Below are positions 12,354-26,732 of a stretch of DNA of 64,000 bases, in pieces. This DNA comes from Cycas panzhihuaensis. Taxonomy: Eukaryota; Plantae; Cycadophyta. The position numbers were made by a program, and so were the translations under genes. The notes below the pieces were generated by a model. That model saw only the letters and a program-made list of their open reading frames with translations. It had not been told where the DNA came from and searched no databases. The first letter of the stretch is position 1. Each line of letters opens with the position of its first letter. Location: NCBI GenBank assembly GCA_023213395.1, contig CM041465.1:94681741-94745740 (forward strand). The letters are read 5' to 3'.

Positions 12354-12650
12354 AAAGGAGGGATTGATAGATATTAATACATTAAGGCCATTATATTAAT
12401 TAAAGGTGACTTTAGGTTAGCTAAGTCACATAATTAAATATAATTTCATTTACATTTAAGTGTAATTTTAGGATTATATCATTAAGTAGAAAACTCCTTT
12501 AGAAACCCTAATGTATATTCTTTGATATATAAGACTATATGTGAAGGAGAGAGATATAATTATCACCTCTTATTTTTGCTCTCAATCTTATTCTCTCTAT
12601 TTTGTTCTTATTATGTGTCATTGCTTTAGTATAGTGGATTGTGGTACTAG
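12354..12650 (+). repeat. PPT plus truncated 3' LTR of another (probably copia) element
   Basis: aaaggagggat (12354-12364) followed by TG (tgatagat) and a TATA-like tatataag near 12526. No partner in the window. Confidence 0.5.
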
Positions 12651-14375
12651 ATCCTTCACCGAATGCCCCTCACATATTTCTTTATCTGTTTCAATTGGAG
12701 GTAATTCTTAAACCATATTTATTCTTTTTATTAGGTCTAAACCCCTATAGTTTAGATGGTCAAATCTTTTATGCCACATATCACTATTAGTTTTGGTGGA
12801 GGTCTTCAATGCATAATTATCAAATTGGGGAATGACTATTTTAAATAGTCAGTCACTAGTTATTTTTCCTTTAGCTACAACTGCTTTATTTTTCCTCTTA
12901 TACTTAATCATACATTTACCATTGTAAAAAATGAGTTTATTATCTTGATCCATCATCTGAACTACTGATAAGTAGATTCTTCTTGAGTGTTGTGATATGG
13001 AGGACATCATCAATGTATCTAGTCTCTCTTAAGTCTATGGTGATGAAGATGTTGTCTTTGCTATTAGATTTATAAGTTGTCTTGCCAGCAAATATAATTC
13101 TTCCTTTTTGATCTTGTTAATAGTTTCGAATATTTTCTCCTTGTATATCATGTTGATTGAGCACCCTAAATCTATGTACCAACTATCTTCTTCTTCATTG
13201 GTAACAAGGCTTGACAAGAATAGTTGATCATTGTCCCTATTTTCAATGGTTGTATTAGTACTTCCTCTTAGTAGATGGTCATTTTAGTAAAGCACCTTTC
13301 TACAATGTATTTAATCCTATGGCAATATGAATATTAAATAGGTTCTCTACTTCTTTGGCTAAGAATTCTATTTCTGGAGATTTCTTTACTTCTAGAGGTT
13401 ATTTTTTCCCTTGCTAGATATAGGCCCTAATTTTGGCCTTGAAAGTTATTTTGACAATGTAGATTGGGTCCTTGATAACTATTACCCTGATTTTAGTCTT
13501 GAAAATTATTTTGATAATGTAGATTAGGTCCTTGATAGCTACTTTGGCCTTGGAAATAGTTATGGCCATAATAACATTGGCTAGACTCTTAATATCTCTC
13601 TTGATTATGGAGATTATTCTGACTTGATCTCTTTGATGTGGGGCTTGATATTTAGGTTTTTGTTCTTAATATGTATCTTGCCTTTGGTTTCTTTCTCTCT
13701 TCCTTGGGGATTGTTCACTTGCTTTAGAGATTTGACCTTGGTTATTTGATTTGATCTGAGCCTTTATAGCAAATACATATTTTAATGTCTCTTGGGCACC
13801 TTTCTTCTCTTCCATAATGAGTAACATTTCACTTAGTTATTTCACTTTTAGGGTTTTGAGATCTTTGGACACTTTAATGCTTGTAGCAACTATTTCAAAT
13901 CTCTTAACTTCTCTTACACATTTTAGAATTTTTTCAACTATCTTTTGTTTAGTCAATACTTCACCAAGGGATCTCACCTGGATTACCAAGTCTTGGACCT
14001 TAGTTATGAATTCATTGATGCTTTCCCTAGGTGATATTTTTAAGTTCTCAAACCTACTTCTAAGTGTTTGAAGCTTGGATGGGGAAGCTCCTTTATAGAT
14101 TAATTTTAATGTATCCCATGCTTCCTTAGATGTTGGGAATATATGGTCCTTTAGGGCACAAAAAATAAGTGTTAAGCTTTATTATCCTTCTTTATACATT
14201 CCCTATAAATTATCTTATCATCTAAGATGTCATTTTTTCCAAGTTTATTAAATCCTTTATCTACAAATTCCCACATGTCTTTAGCTATAAAAATAAGTTT
14301 CATCCTTTTGCTCTAATTAAAGAAATTTGTTCCATCAAATTTGGGAATAATCATGTTTCCAAGTGTTGTTGCCAT
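12651..14375 (-). pseudogene. copia gag-protease of A1
   Basis: ATG 14375 MATTLGNMIIPKFDGTNFFN; protease EEEDSWYIDLGCSINM (ORF 13035-13217); MWHKRFDHLNY...ICEG at ~12660-12780. Confidence 0.88.
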
Positions 14376-16582
14376 CGTGATTCAACTATGTTTTAGTGTC
14401 ACACTAAAAGTTTTAAATTTATATGTGTCTTATCTACTTAGAAAGTTTCTCATATAGGATTTATATCTTAGGGTCTCTAAAGAAAGCTTTTAGTTGCTAT
14501 CATGTCTAATGGCATCTACCCACAAGTAGTAAACCATGGACCTAGGGTACTGGTACATGAGCACTAGGCTTTATATACCTCAGTACATGGGCTACTAAGA
14601 AGGTATGGGATCTCCTAATTTGTTGGTTCCCCTGCACCAATCTTATGCCTAGTAATAGATCTAATGGTAAAATCTTGACCAACTAAGGCACCCACCCCCT
14701 TTGAGTCTATCCTGGTCTCCAAACTCTAAAGGATAAAGGTTCTCCACCTTAGCTTGCTACTGAATACACCTAATAGTCAATAGTTTCTTCATCAAATTAG
14801 AGTCTGCCAAAGATGTGTATGGGCTGGTAACTTTAGGGGTCCTAACATTTCCCCTTGTAAGGGTGGAAAATTAGGTTGTTCATTTGGGATATTATCTTAT
14901 TATTATGAAAATTGATTTTAAGTATGGTCTTATTTACAAGCAAGGATTCCTTTTAATAATAATTAAAAGAAAACTTAAAAATATAGTAATAAATGATATG
15001 AAATGAGCTTTAGATAAAATGAAATTAAAATAAATAGCTTTAAATAAAGTAAATTAAAATAGGTGAGGATTAGAGTGCTCCTTTATTTGCAAAAAAATAT
15101 CTAAAATATTTTCTTCCTTCTCAAAGGACAAACGTACATAAATTCGTCCAAAAAACACTTATAAGCCTTAAATTTTAAAGTGAAATCTATTGTAATAAGT
15201 TAGTATACCAATATATCATCAATGTGCTTCAATAATTTCAAGAAAATTACTTTGAAAATGAAGTGAAAAACTCAAATTAGAACTAAATAAGAGGGATAAC
15301 TTTAGTAGCTTGGAAAACCTACAAATAGCTTCAAATTAGAATAAAAATGACTCCAGTACATAAGTCTCTAAGTTAGCTTTCCAATAGTTTAAACTGTTCA
15401 AAAAATAGACTCTTTATTTGAAAGATATTAAAGAAATAGTGCAGACAGTTATTTCTAATTAAAAAGCAAAAGAAGGGGTACTTAAGCCCCTTTGATGAAT
15501 TAGTCCCCGGTCACCAAGTCATTGCATATGACCACCTACTAGTCAACGGAAGGGGCTATAAACTCTAAATATTATCAAATATGGCTAATTAGTTTAAAAA
15601 CCAAAATTATATAATATGACTTATTTTAATTTTAAATCTACCCCTTTTGTAAACAGCGCATGGTCACATGGAAAGGGAATGTGACCACCAGTTGAAGAGG
15701 AAAGGGGCTAGCGGATTTATAAGATGAATCTAATTTACTTAAATTTTTCTAAAATAAAAAAAATATATATATAAATCAATGAAAATGATTAGACATTAAC
15801 GATGATAAATAGAGAGGAAATATGCATGAAAAATAATAAGAAAAACTCAATCAAATCAGATTGAATCAAGCACCAAATCTTGGCCAATTGATTAATCTTC
15901 AATGTGGACAAATTCCAATCAATCAAAGAGTACTCAGGCATAGGATTTTTCTCAATCACGCTTCATGCAATAATAGGAGTAGGTTGAGTGATGGATCAAA
16001 AAAAAAATTCCAATTTGATTAATATCTAGAGCTTGAGGGAAAATATCCACACAGTTGAACAAACATATAGAGTTTGTGAAAAGGAAAGTTTTGGAGATCT
16101 TAGGGTCAAGTATTGGCAAGTAATGTTATCTAAAGGTCGAATGGCTACATAGAGTTCATGTGGTTATATGAAGGTTGTACAATATGAAAATAGATAAAAA
16201 AAACACTATAGATGATCTAATCATCTAATCAGATGATGGGAAACCTAGTTACAGGAGAGAAATTGATAAAAACAAGTCAAAAATTATATTTTTATAACAA
16301 GTCAAGTGGGGTTTTAGTAGGTAGACAAAGTGTATTATCTTTCAGATGTGATATCTCAGTTGAGATGGGATAATTTTTTGATCCATTTGATCTGGAGAAA
16401 AATAGACTCATAGAGGAGCAAAATGAGTGGTCATTTTCTAGCATTTCATCAAATGGTGGAGGTGCACCATCCAGTTAAAGTCTAAGAACTTAAAAAATCT
16501 CCAAAAATAGGCTAAGAACTAATTAAGAAATGATAAAATATCAAACAAAACTTGTGTAGAACTATTCCAAAATGATGTTAGG
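12651..16582 (-). mobile_element. Ty1/copia A1, distal part (leader, gag, protease, GAG-pre-integrase), 3'-truncated and split by element C
   Basis: The reverse complement is homologous to A2 45960-48970; it continues at 40580 with PBS and 5' LTR. Confidence 0.88.
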
Positions 16583-19500
16583 TGTTTCCTAGCTATTAAG
16601 AATGGATTAGAGCACTATCACATACGTGTGGTCAAGTATATATTCTTTCTCTTACACTCTATCTCATTCTTACAATTATTTTAACTTATGATGTTTGTAT
16701 GGTTGCTTGAGTGCTTAACTAGTTTGCTTGACCATCTTGCCTGTGTGTGACATCTGTCTATGATGACCAGGATTCCAATCCAATGGTATAATAGCTCCTA
16801 GGTGATCTCCCTTTTAGACATAGCCATAGGTACTCTTGGGCCTTCATAGCCCAACTTATATACACCTTGATCTACTTCATTACACCTACCTCTTTCCTCT
16901 CTACCTTAGCTATCCCTCAATCCATCCAGGGTAGTTTACCAAGAGTGTTAGTGGGTAGGTATCCCCCATTGCTTGCTCATCACTTAGTTTCTCTTTATAC
17001 CTCATCAGGATCTGCTTCCTAATGCCCTTTTACATTCTGGCACCTTGATTGTCACCTTTTCCTTGAGGTTCTAACCCTGTTAGATGACTTTATACCATGT
17101 TTTCATATGTTGTCAATTTGTAGAATGGTCCTAAGTTAGTATACAAACATCTAGGGAGGAGTTCTAAACCCCTAACAAGACTTACTCCTCCCTCTTCCTC
17201 TATTTTATTGTTTATATTCATTATTTTTTTTTTTCTGTTTATGTTGTTGCCCTGGTACCATTTCTATCTACCTTGTACTGATTATTACATACTGCTAATA
17301 TATTAGCAGTGCCATGAACAAGTTCATGGTGTAACTGTTATGTGGTTTTTCATGACCAGAAATGGCTAATTTTGGTCTTTCTGCCTAGACAATGCACTAC
17401 CCTACCTCAGAACTCATCCAGGTTGAGACTTAATGACCTCAAGGCCTCCCCAAAGAAATAAAAACCCTAAAATTTGAATTCATTCTCATCAATTAATCAA
17501 GAATCATTAACTTTTGGCTCTAAACAAGCTCTCTTATTTTATTTTTCCTTCTCAAACCCTCCTCCACTCCTCCTACACACAAGAATTGTAGTTTTTTCTT
17601 CCACAAGCAAGGAGAAGATAACAAAAGAGTAGGCCAAGCCAAGTAAGGAGAGCCTTCCCATCAAGAAAATGACAAAGAATCTTCTTCTTCTCTTCACAAA
17701 ATAGGGGCTTCATCTCCTCCAATATCATCCTTCAATTTGAAACATCCTTTCACGATAAATTTATTTTCCTTGATTTTTCCTTACAAGAATCTTATTTTTG
17801 TGGTTTCCTCTTTGGCATTTTTAGCCATATGACGCTATATATATGTTTGAAATATTTTTATGTGGATTTTATACCATATTTTACTTAGCATAAGGAGGCA
17901 ATAACTCCTTTTCACTATCTTTCTCATCCTCTCATACCAAATCCTCTAGCTTTTGGAGGCAAGGGAGTCAAACCAAGCCAAAGGAGCTTATGAAGAGGCC
18001 CATAGGCTAGAGTTCAGACTCCTAAAGCCATCTCTTACTTGGGTAATCCCCCTCTTAATGCTTTGAGGCTCATTTCCTTACACTCCACTACTTCCAAACC
18101 CTAGCCAAGTGAGCTACCATAGCTCATAGGGATCCATCGCTGCTTAGAGGAGCTTGCCATCATCTGGCAACACTCATTTTCTTTTCTCTTTACATGTTTT
18201 GATTGTTGCATACACCTACTAAAATCATTGAAGAAGAAACACACAATCTTGTATTTGTTTCACCTTTGGTTTGCACATCCACATACTAATATTATAAACC
18301 AAGAACATACATATACATATATATCTTGCTTCTGAGAGGACTTGCTTTCTCTTTTGTGTAACAAGTTGGAGGTCATTTTGCAAATCAAGCAATACATGAT
18401 AAAAAGGGTAACATTTCACTTGTTTCTAGTTTTATTTTCACTTTGTTTCCATTTTTATTATTGTGTCATTTATTATTTGGGGATGGTAAGTAAGCCCCTC
18501 TTAGAGGATAGGGGAAGGTAAGGAAGCCCCTCCCTCCAACTATAACAACTTTCATGGCAACCAATGGAAATGAAAGTAGTAGCAACTTGTGGGGATGCAT
18601 TATAGAGAGTAGAAATAAAGGAACGCAACGAAATGTGTCACCAATGCCATGACTATGTGCACTCTTTTCTATGTATCCTTCTCCTCACCTCTTTCTCTCC
18701 CTATCCCATTTTTTCTATTGTTAAGAAAAGAAAAAGAAAAGAAAATATTTGAAGTTTCTCTTTGAAAAACCTTTTTCCTTTCATTGCATGTTTTAAAGGG
18801 GAGGGAAATAAGGAGATCATATCATTTTGCATTTATTTTTAGGGAATGCTTATCTCTTATAGAATCCAATCCTCCTCTTACTAAAAGAGAAGGTGTACAC
18901 ATGCAATACAATTCTTTGTATTCAACCTTACCCTTTCCTCTTCCATAATCGTAGCCTTCATTATATTCATCTAGAAGCAAAACAAAGTAAGGGTATAAAT
19001 AGGAAAAAGGTTGCGTTGTTATTGTATGTGCTTGCTTTGAATTTCTTTGTGCATTTCTTTTCTTTGGCAGTAGCCATATATATTTGAAATTGAAATGCTA
19101 CCATAAACTCGCATAAATAAGACTAAATTACACCTTACCATATAGGAAACATCAATTATAAAGATCTTTTTGTTCTTTTTAGAAACCTAAGAAGAGCTCA
19201 TAACCTAGTTGCTATGATACATTTGTGGCTTCTCTCCACCTCTTTTTGTTGCACCCACACCATTTGCTCTTCTTGTCTTCCAAGAAGAGATCGTAACTCA
19301 AGTTTCCCCTTAGATGGTGGCAACATTTTATCCCTCTTGGAGATATAGTACTCAAGACCCTACCCTATTCTTGATACACTTATTGACTTCAAGTAGGCCT
19401 ACTAAAGCTGCTTCTCACCTAGTCACTACTCTTTCCCCCTCTCACTTGTCTCCTTTTTTGAAAGGAGATCTAACCCTTCTTCTTTCCCTTCAAGGATAGG

Positions 19501-19754
19501 AGAGCTCTCTCTTAGGCTATTTGGTTACCCGAAGATGCCTCATTGCCCAACTTGAATCGAGGAAGGTATTTAGGAAGAAGAGAAGGTTATTGCATTATTT
19601 TCAGGCCCCTAAACTTGTGTTTCGATGCATAGATGCCCTTTGAGGGTGACCTATTCTTCCTTTGATATCTTTAGGCCCTTTTCATAGTCTTAGTGTTGGC
19701 CTAGAGGTCCTTATCTATAGTGAACCCCCAAAGGTGCACCTCCACTAGCCACCA
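16583..19754 (+). repeat. 5' LTR of C
   Basis: Aligns along its length with 31296-34224 plus 40272-40579, mostly by transitions. Confidence 0.9.
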
Positions 19755-19919
19755 TAGTGGGGAACCACTAGTAAGATATTACTATAGTTTCCCTTTGTGT
19801 TAACATTTGCCTATCTTTTCTTTCTATACCTCATAGATTTGTTAGGAAACCCCTAATACCTCCCTCATTCTATTTGTTTCTTCTGTGACTTTAGGTAAGA
19901 CATGAATGTGATATTTCTC

Positions 19920-22900
19920 ACATTGCTTACGAGGTCTTCCCCCTATCTCAGAAGAGTCTTTATACTCCTCCCTTCCTTTATCTAATTCTAAATCGGTAAT
20001 GGAGGGATACCCATCGAAATGGGCATACCATGCCTATGTTTCTGAAACCCAAACCCACATTCCAACTTTCCTTTAGGATTCCACCTAAGAAGGCAAGGAT
20101 CCTATCTTTTAACTAGGTAACCAAGAGCACCTAGACTATCATTAGTTTCTCACATATGACATAGGTGCATCTACTTTTATGAAGTACTATCACCCTAGTG
20201 ATAGCTCCCATGAGGACCACCCCACAAGTCCCATCTCACATGAGGAGATTTTCACCTCATATGAGCAAGTAGGAAGCCCTCCCACAGATGTTATACAAGC
20301 ATTACAATAATGCTTCCAAGATACGAGCACCCAACTACCTTTGAAATGGCTAGAAAGCATCCTTCATAGCATGGCACCATATTCTTCCATATCTACACCA
20401 TTTGGTTCCTCTCAACCCATATCTATGGCCATGATAGGACCACCTCCTATTATTTCATCCTCTTCACACGTCCCTCATGTCCAAGGGACTATCCAGGGTG
20501 TGCTCACATACTAAATTGGGTTGAACATACCCCTCGTGAGTCAAGAAATCATGCCTCAACCAACTGTGGTTCATGCTCCTCTTACACGACCTAAGGGACC
20601 TTCATGTCCCTAATCTTTGGGCCATGTAGGACCCATCCCCGTGTACCCTTATATACAACTAGAGGACCCTTCTGTTTATGTTCCTCTAGGATATACATCC
20701 CAACCTTGGGGGTATGGAAAGGGAAACTCCCTTCCAGTTTATAGGGTGAATTCATTACACCTATATAGAGTCACATCTCCTACAGGTAGTCCATATGGGT
20801 AAAATCCCATCCCAAACCCTCCTTCTTTATCTTCGTGTTCAACCTCATACATGATGCCTTCCTAAGGAGGATTCATTCCTCCTTAAGGCCCTATCTCTCA
20901 TATGCCCTCTTACCAAGAGGCATATCCTTAAGATGGAGTGGGCCCTTCTCTCCTACTGCCCTCTTACCCAGCCTTCCCTCAAACAGGAATGGCCCCTTCC
21001 CACCAAGCAGGTGGGAACTCATATCCTTCTTATGTTTAAACTCCTCAAGGAGGAGCTGGGTATCTGTATCTACCTCTTTCCTTTTCTCTTTTTAACCCTC
21101 TATCTCAACTAAGGGTTCGCCCCTTCATTGATTATAGGTCAACTCTATTATCCATTGAGACACTTAGGACCAACCTACTGCCTCACCATCCTGAGGTACC
21201 CAAATTTAATGGGACCTCGTTACAAGACACAACTGAGCATGTTAGGAGCTTCTCTATGGTATGCATTGACTATTGGGCTTACAACCATATCTTAATGAAG
21301 TTATTTCCTTGTTTATTATATAGAGACACCCTCAAATAGTTTTACCATCTCCCTGCTCACTCTTTCCAATAACTTATAGATGACTTTGTCAACTATTTCA
21401 ATGTAGCTTGTCCTTTTGAGAGTGGGATCAAAGCCCTATTTTCTCTTAAGCAAGGTCACAAAGAAATGAATTATGACTTGGTGAGGCACTTCTATGACCT
21501 CCTTCATTCCATGAAGGCCATGCTATCCAAGGAATTAAAGAGAGGCCTTTTTATAAATGCCCTTTGTCATAAAGTCCACATTAAAGTCCTCAAAATGGGG
21601 GTAATAATGTGTGAGTCTGCCATAGCAAAATGCTTAGCGCTCAAGGTAATTGAGATTCAGGTGGGTCTCAAAAGGCCTCCTAAGTCACTGCAATGATGTG
21701 AGGTACCCCCTCTATCATGCAACCAATGACCCCAACAACCCCTAAGGCCTTCTACCCATATAATAGAGAAGACCTTGGACCCTATAACTTCTACCATACA
21801 TTCATTTGAATGTATGATGAAGGAGATAAAGCTCCAACCCTCTCAATCACCTTTATATTCTATAGGCCTATCCACCAGGCATCCTAAGCTGCACCACCTA
21901 AAAATAGAGACACCTACTCTTCTCAAGCCAGGAAGACTAAACCCTCCTTGGAAAAGAAGTGGCACTTCATCCACAATGACTATTTTTACGAGGATTCATA
22001 ATGTTTGGTATAACACCTAGAGCTTGTCCCACCTCGTGACTCTTCCCCTAAAAGAGCCTCTAAACCCAACTTAGACCAACCCATCCATCATGATCCTTTC
22101 TCCAAACATAAGGGAATAGGACCATTCTACCCAAAGTAGAGGAAATAGGAACAAGGGGATGCTTCCTTAACCCCCCTTCCACCCCAAAGAAGGGAAAGGG
22201 GATAAGGAACTCATCCTCCCCTCCTAGTTCCCATCTTCAAACTTCTTCATCCTCTCAACCCTGAAATAAAGGGAAGAGAGTTATCCATATGCTTAAGAAC
22301 ATTCCTTTATATCCAGTCACAAGATCTTAAGTGGCTAAAGAGGCCATTAGAGCCTCCTCTTCCTAATAAAACTTTTCTATAGACAATCTACCTTCCAAAA
22401 TTGTTGTGGTCCCCAAGACCATTCATGTATACTTAGGCTGTTACAACTTTTAAAGGACACTTCCCCAACCTATAGGAAAAGTGAAGTCCTTCTTAATAGT
22501 CGATGAGCTATATACCATGTCTACTAGGATATCCATGATGGATGTCTTGTGGAGTTACCTTGAGCAATGTGCTCTCCTTCCTGAGGCTTTGGGTCAAGAT
22601 GATACTCCCATCTATGATTTGGGTGCCACCTAAAATTGGGAGCTCCTCATTACTTTTAACCTTAAAGACCTCCCATTAGTAAGTGAAAGGGAGCATTAAT
22701 GGCACTACCCATTCAATATTTCCATTGACACTCCCAAGTACACTCTTAGAAGGATAGTTATAGATAATGGTTCTTCTATCAATGCTATGCCCTTATGTAT
22801 AATTCAACAGTTGGGTATAGTAGCTCTTAAACCAGTCCCATGGCATTGCCAAGGCTACAATGTTAGCAACAAGACACCCTTGGGATTGGTTTTTATTCCC

Positions 22901-25900
22901 CTTACCCTTAAGGACAAGATTATCCTCATTGAAATAGTAGTCCTCAATGTAGACATGGACTATAACCTCATGTTGGGATACCCATGGCTTAATCAGATGG
23001 GAGCCATGTGTTCATTCTACTAGGGGCAACTAAAATTTATCCATGAAGGGAAAATGAAAGTTATCTCCTGGGAACCCCCTCCTACCTGACTATCATATCA
23101 ACCTTAGGTGGATCACAACCTAATGAAGGATAATAAGGATCTTTTTGCTTATTCCACTGCCTATTCAATTAATGTCCCTAATACTTTTAGATTAGGGGAA
23201 GGGCCTCTCCCTTCCTCCTCAAATATAATCTAGTTTACCCCTATTAATGTCAGAAGTTATGGGTACCTTATTATCTTAAGCAACCATGAGTTTGTCGATG
23301 AGGGTGAGGAACTTCTCCATCCCATATCTCTCCTCAACATTCATAGGGGGCACTCCCCTCATCGTCCTTCTAGTCTTAAGCCTCTATCTAGGACCACTCT
23401 AGATGAGCATAACACTCTTAATGCATCTTAAGAGTCACGCATAGTTGCTCTTGACATATGTGTGGGCTCTTTCTCTACCCTATCTTCATCCACTCCCCAG
23501 ACTTTATCATCCTCTCTAGATGATAAAGATAAGGAGCTTCCCTTTTCATATGATAGCACTATAGATTGTGACTTAGATCCTAGTTGACTTTCCCTTTCAT
23601 GTAACAGGGTGAAGGGACATAGGAGGACACCCTATGGCTCCTCTAAGGAGTCCCCTGACTATGTGGAATGGTGGATCAATCATTATGGACCCATCACTCC
23701 TCTTTTACCTCATCCCTTCTTCTTGTTAAGCAAAACTATACATGAGATAGATTGCTTCAAGAATGACGAAACCATATTAGAGCATCTAGTAGGTTCTGTG
23801 TCTAACCTTCCTTCCAGTCACCATAGGTTAGGTTTTTGGAAGTGTTTAGCCTTAGGGTCATCTCTAGATGACTTAAACTAACCCAACATTCCCCTACTCC
23901 TTCCAGTTGACCAAGCTCCCCTTCACTTTGAGGAGGGGAATGCCATGTGCATAAGGGCAACTAAGGACATTTCCCTTGCCCCTAGTAAAGTCATCAAAGT
24001 AGGAGTAGAGTGTACTCCTACAAAAATAGAGGAATATACCCTCCTATTTCAATAGTCCTATGATGTCTTTATATGGGGCTACTCTAACATAAAAGGGATA
24101 GACCCCTCCATTGTCACCCATAACCTTACAACTATTCTAAGTGCCTACCCTATACAGTAAAAATGATGCCCTCTCCATCCTAAGCTTTCTATTGCAGCGA
24201 AAATGAAAGTGGAAAAGCTCCTAGATGTGGGGCTAATCATCACCATTGATTACCCCAAGTAGGTATCAAACATCATTCTCGTTGCCAAAAAGAACAAAAT
24301 GATCAAGATTTGTGTCAATTTCTAGGACATGAATAACACGTGTCCCAAGGATAACTTCCCTTTGCCATTTATTAACTAAATTATCGATCAAACAATAGGT
24401 TTTGAAGTCATGTCCTTGATGGGTGGATTCTCCAGATATAACCAAATATAAATATCCTCTAAAGACCATCACAAGATAGCTTTTACCACCTCATGGGGCA
24501 CATTTTCCTACAAGGCAATGCCCTTTGGATTAAAGAATGTAGGTGTCACTTATCAAAGGGCAATGTAGTTCATTTTTCATGACCTTATAAGCAAAACTCT
24601 TGAGGTTTTTATGGATGATATGATGGGCCTCTCCTATAAGAGGACTAATCACCCTAAGGATTTACATACCATCTTTATAAGGTGCCATAGGTACCGTGCT
24701 AGTTTGAACCTGCTCAAATGCATGTTCGTCATCACCGTTGGTAAACTCTTAGGTTTCCTAGTCTCCAAACAAGGTATCTAATTTGACCTAGATAAGGTTA
24801 AAGCTATTCTTGACATGCCCCCTCCAAAAATGCAATGTCAAATTAAATCATTTTTGGGTAGGTTAGTCTTCTTGAGGCATTTCTTGGAAGACTTTACCAT
24901 AAATTCCAAACCTCTAACTAACCTTTTAAAGAAGGAAGCCCTATTTATGTGGTCTTCCAAAGCCTAAGAAGCATTCCAAGAGCTCAAAAGATCCTTGGTC
25001 TTTGTCCATGTCCTAGCACCCCCTCTCTTTGATTGCCCCTTCATTCTATATACCTCAGCCATCGACAAGTCCTTGGGAGATATGTTAGCCTAAGAAGATG
25101 ATTCCAGGACTAAGCGTACTATATATTTCATCAGCTATACATTGGTGGTAGTTGAGCTAAATTACCCTCCCATTGAAAAGGAGTGTCTAGCCTTGCTCCA
25201 TACGACCAAGAAGTTTAGACATTACCTTCTCAAAAACACTACCCACATGATCATCCAATCCAATCCATTGAGGTACCTTTTAACCTAGTCTAACTTGATT
25301 GGAAGGATAGGCAAATGGACTGTACTCCTTCAAGAACACAACCTCAATCATCAACATAAAATTAAAGAAAAGGATGGTGGTTACTAAGCAACTAGCTAAC
25401 ACCTCTATCCCAAGTCCTTGAAATATTCAAGTTAATGATTCCTTGCTTGACAAACCTATCCTGGCCCTCTAGGATTCATTTCCCTATCTGCTATCCAATA
25501 ATGAATGGTATGGAGACATCATATAATATCTTACCTAGTATTGATACCCTCCTAATGCTAGTGACAAAGTAAAGTTGAACATTAGATCTATTGCCAGGAA
25601 ATACTTCCTCATAGAAGAGGTGTTGTAAAAGAGATTCTTTGACAGGATTCTCCTTCGCTGCATCATCCCTAATGAAGCACACTAAATCCTTCATGAATTT
25701 CATAGTGGCATTTATAGAGGCCATTTTGGAGGCAAACCCATGGCCCAAAGGATCCTCTACATGGGTTACTACTAGTCGTCCCTCTTTAAGGATGCTCATG
25801 CCTATGTGTAACATTGTCACAAGTGCCAAGTGCATGCCAATGTGGTCCATTTACCTTCCGAGGCCTTTCACCCTATTATTTCTGCATGGCCTTTCTCCCA

Positions 25901-26732
25901 ATGGGGATTAGACCTCATTAGAGCCATCACTCCACCTTCATTGTTACAATATAAGTTCATCTTAAATATGATAGAATACTTTACTAAATGGGTTAAAGTA
26001 GTCCCATTATCATCTACCATTGGCAAGAAAATTACCACCTTTATTTACCGATACATTATCTATTGATTTGAAGTCCCATACGTGACTCCTTTTTGCAATA
26101 AAGAGATGGATGAACTTTATGAGAAATTCAATATATCTCATAAGATCTCATCTCCTTACTACCCCCAGACCAATAACCAAATTGAATCATTCAATAAAAC
26201 TCTTATCAACATCTTAAAGAAAATGGTTGCCTAATCCCAAAGAGATTGGCACCTTGAGCTCTATTCTACCCTATGGGTATATTGTACTTCTATTTACACT
26301 ACAATGGGGATGACCCTATTATCTCTTATATGTGGGATCGAAGTGGTCCTCCCCCTAGAAGTTGAAATCCCCTCCTTATAGGTCTCACTTAGGGGTCTTG
26401 TTGATGAGGAGTCATGTCGCTAGGCTCGCCTCCTAGACCTTGAAGCCTTGGACAAGAAATGCTTGGTATCATACTAAGAAAGTCTTGCCTTTAAGGTTAG
26501 GGCTCGAAGGATGTATGAAAAGTGCTTACGTCCTCACCCTCTAAACCTTGGGGACTAAGTCCTTAAGCTAGAGTACCTCCACGGTCACCTATCCAAATAA
26601 GGCCCCAAATGGGTGGGCCTTTTCATCGTTCTCGAGAGCCTCAGCAATGATGCATATAGGATAGCGACACTAGAAGGGCTCAAATATAACAAAGTCATAA
26701 ATGATAAATTCTTGAAGAAATTCTATGTGTGA
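19920..26732 (+). pseudogene. Tat gag-pol of C (start approximate)
   Basis: gag PKFNGT...TEHVRSF (~21200); protease IVIDNGSSINAMP...DYNLMLGYPWL (22750-23020); RT VSNIILVAKKNKMIKICVNF...PKDNFPLP...GFSRYNQI, VFMDDM; RH; INT WPFSQWGLDLI (25830-26066); ends KFLKKFYV* at 26732. Confidence 0.92.

Noticed and set aside
13817-14071. ORF similar to ORF 47571-47882
   Set aside because: Both are antisense shadows of copia gag.
19755-19772. PBS of element C
   Set aside because: tagtggggaacc only loosely resembles Tat-type PBSs; no tRNA could be assigned.
25491-25911. Overlapping ORFs 25491-25850 (-) and 25639-25911 (+)
   Set aside because: Antisense and off-frame readings of the Tat integrase zinc-finger region.
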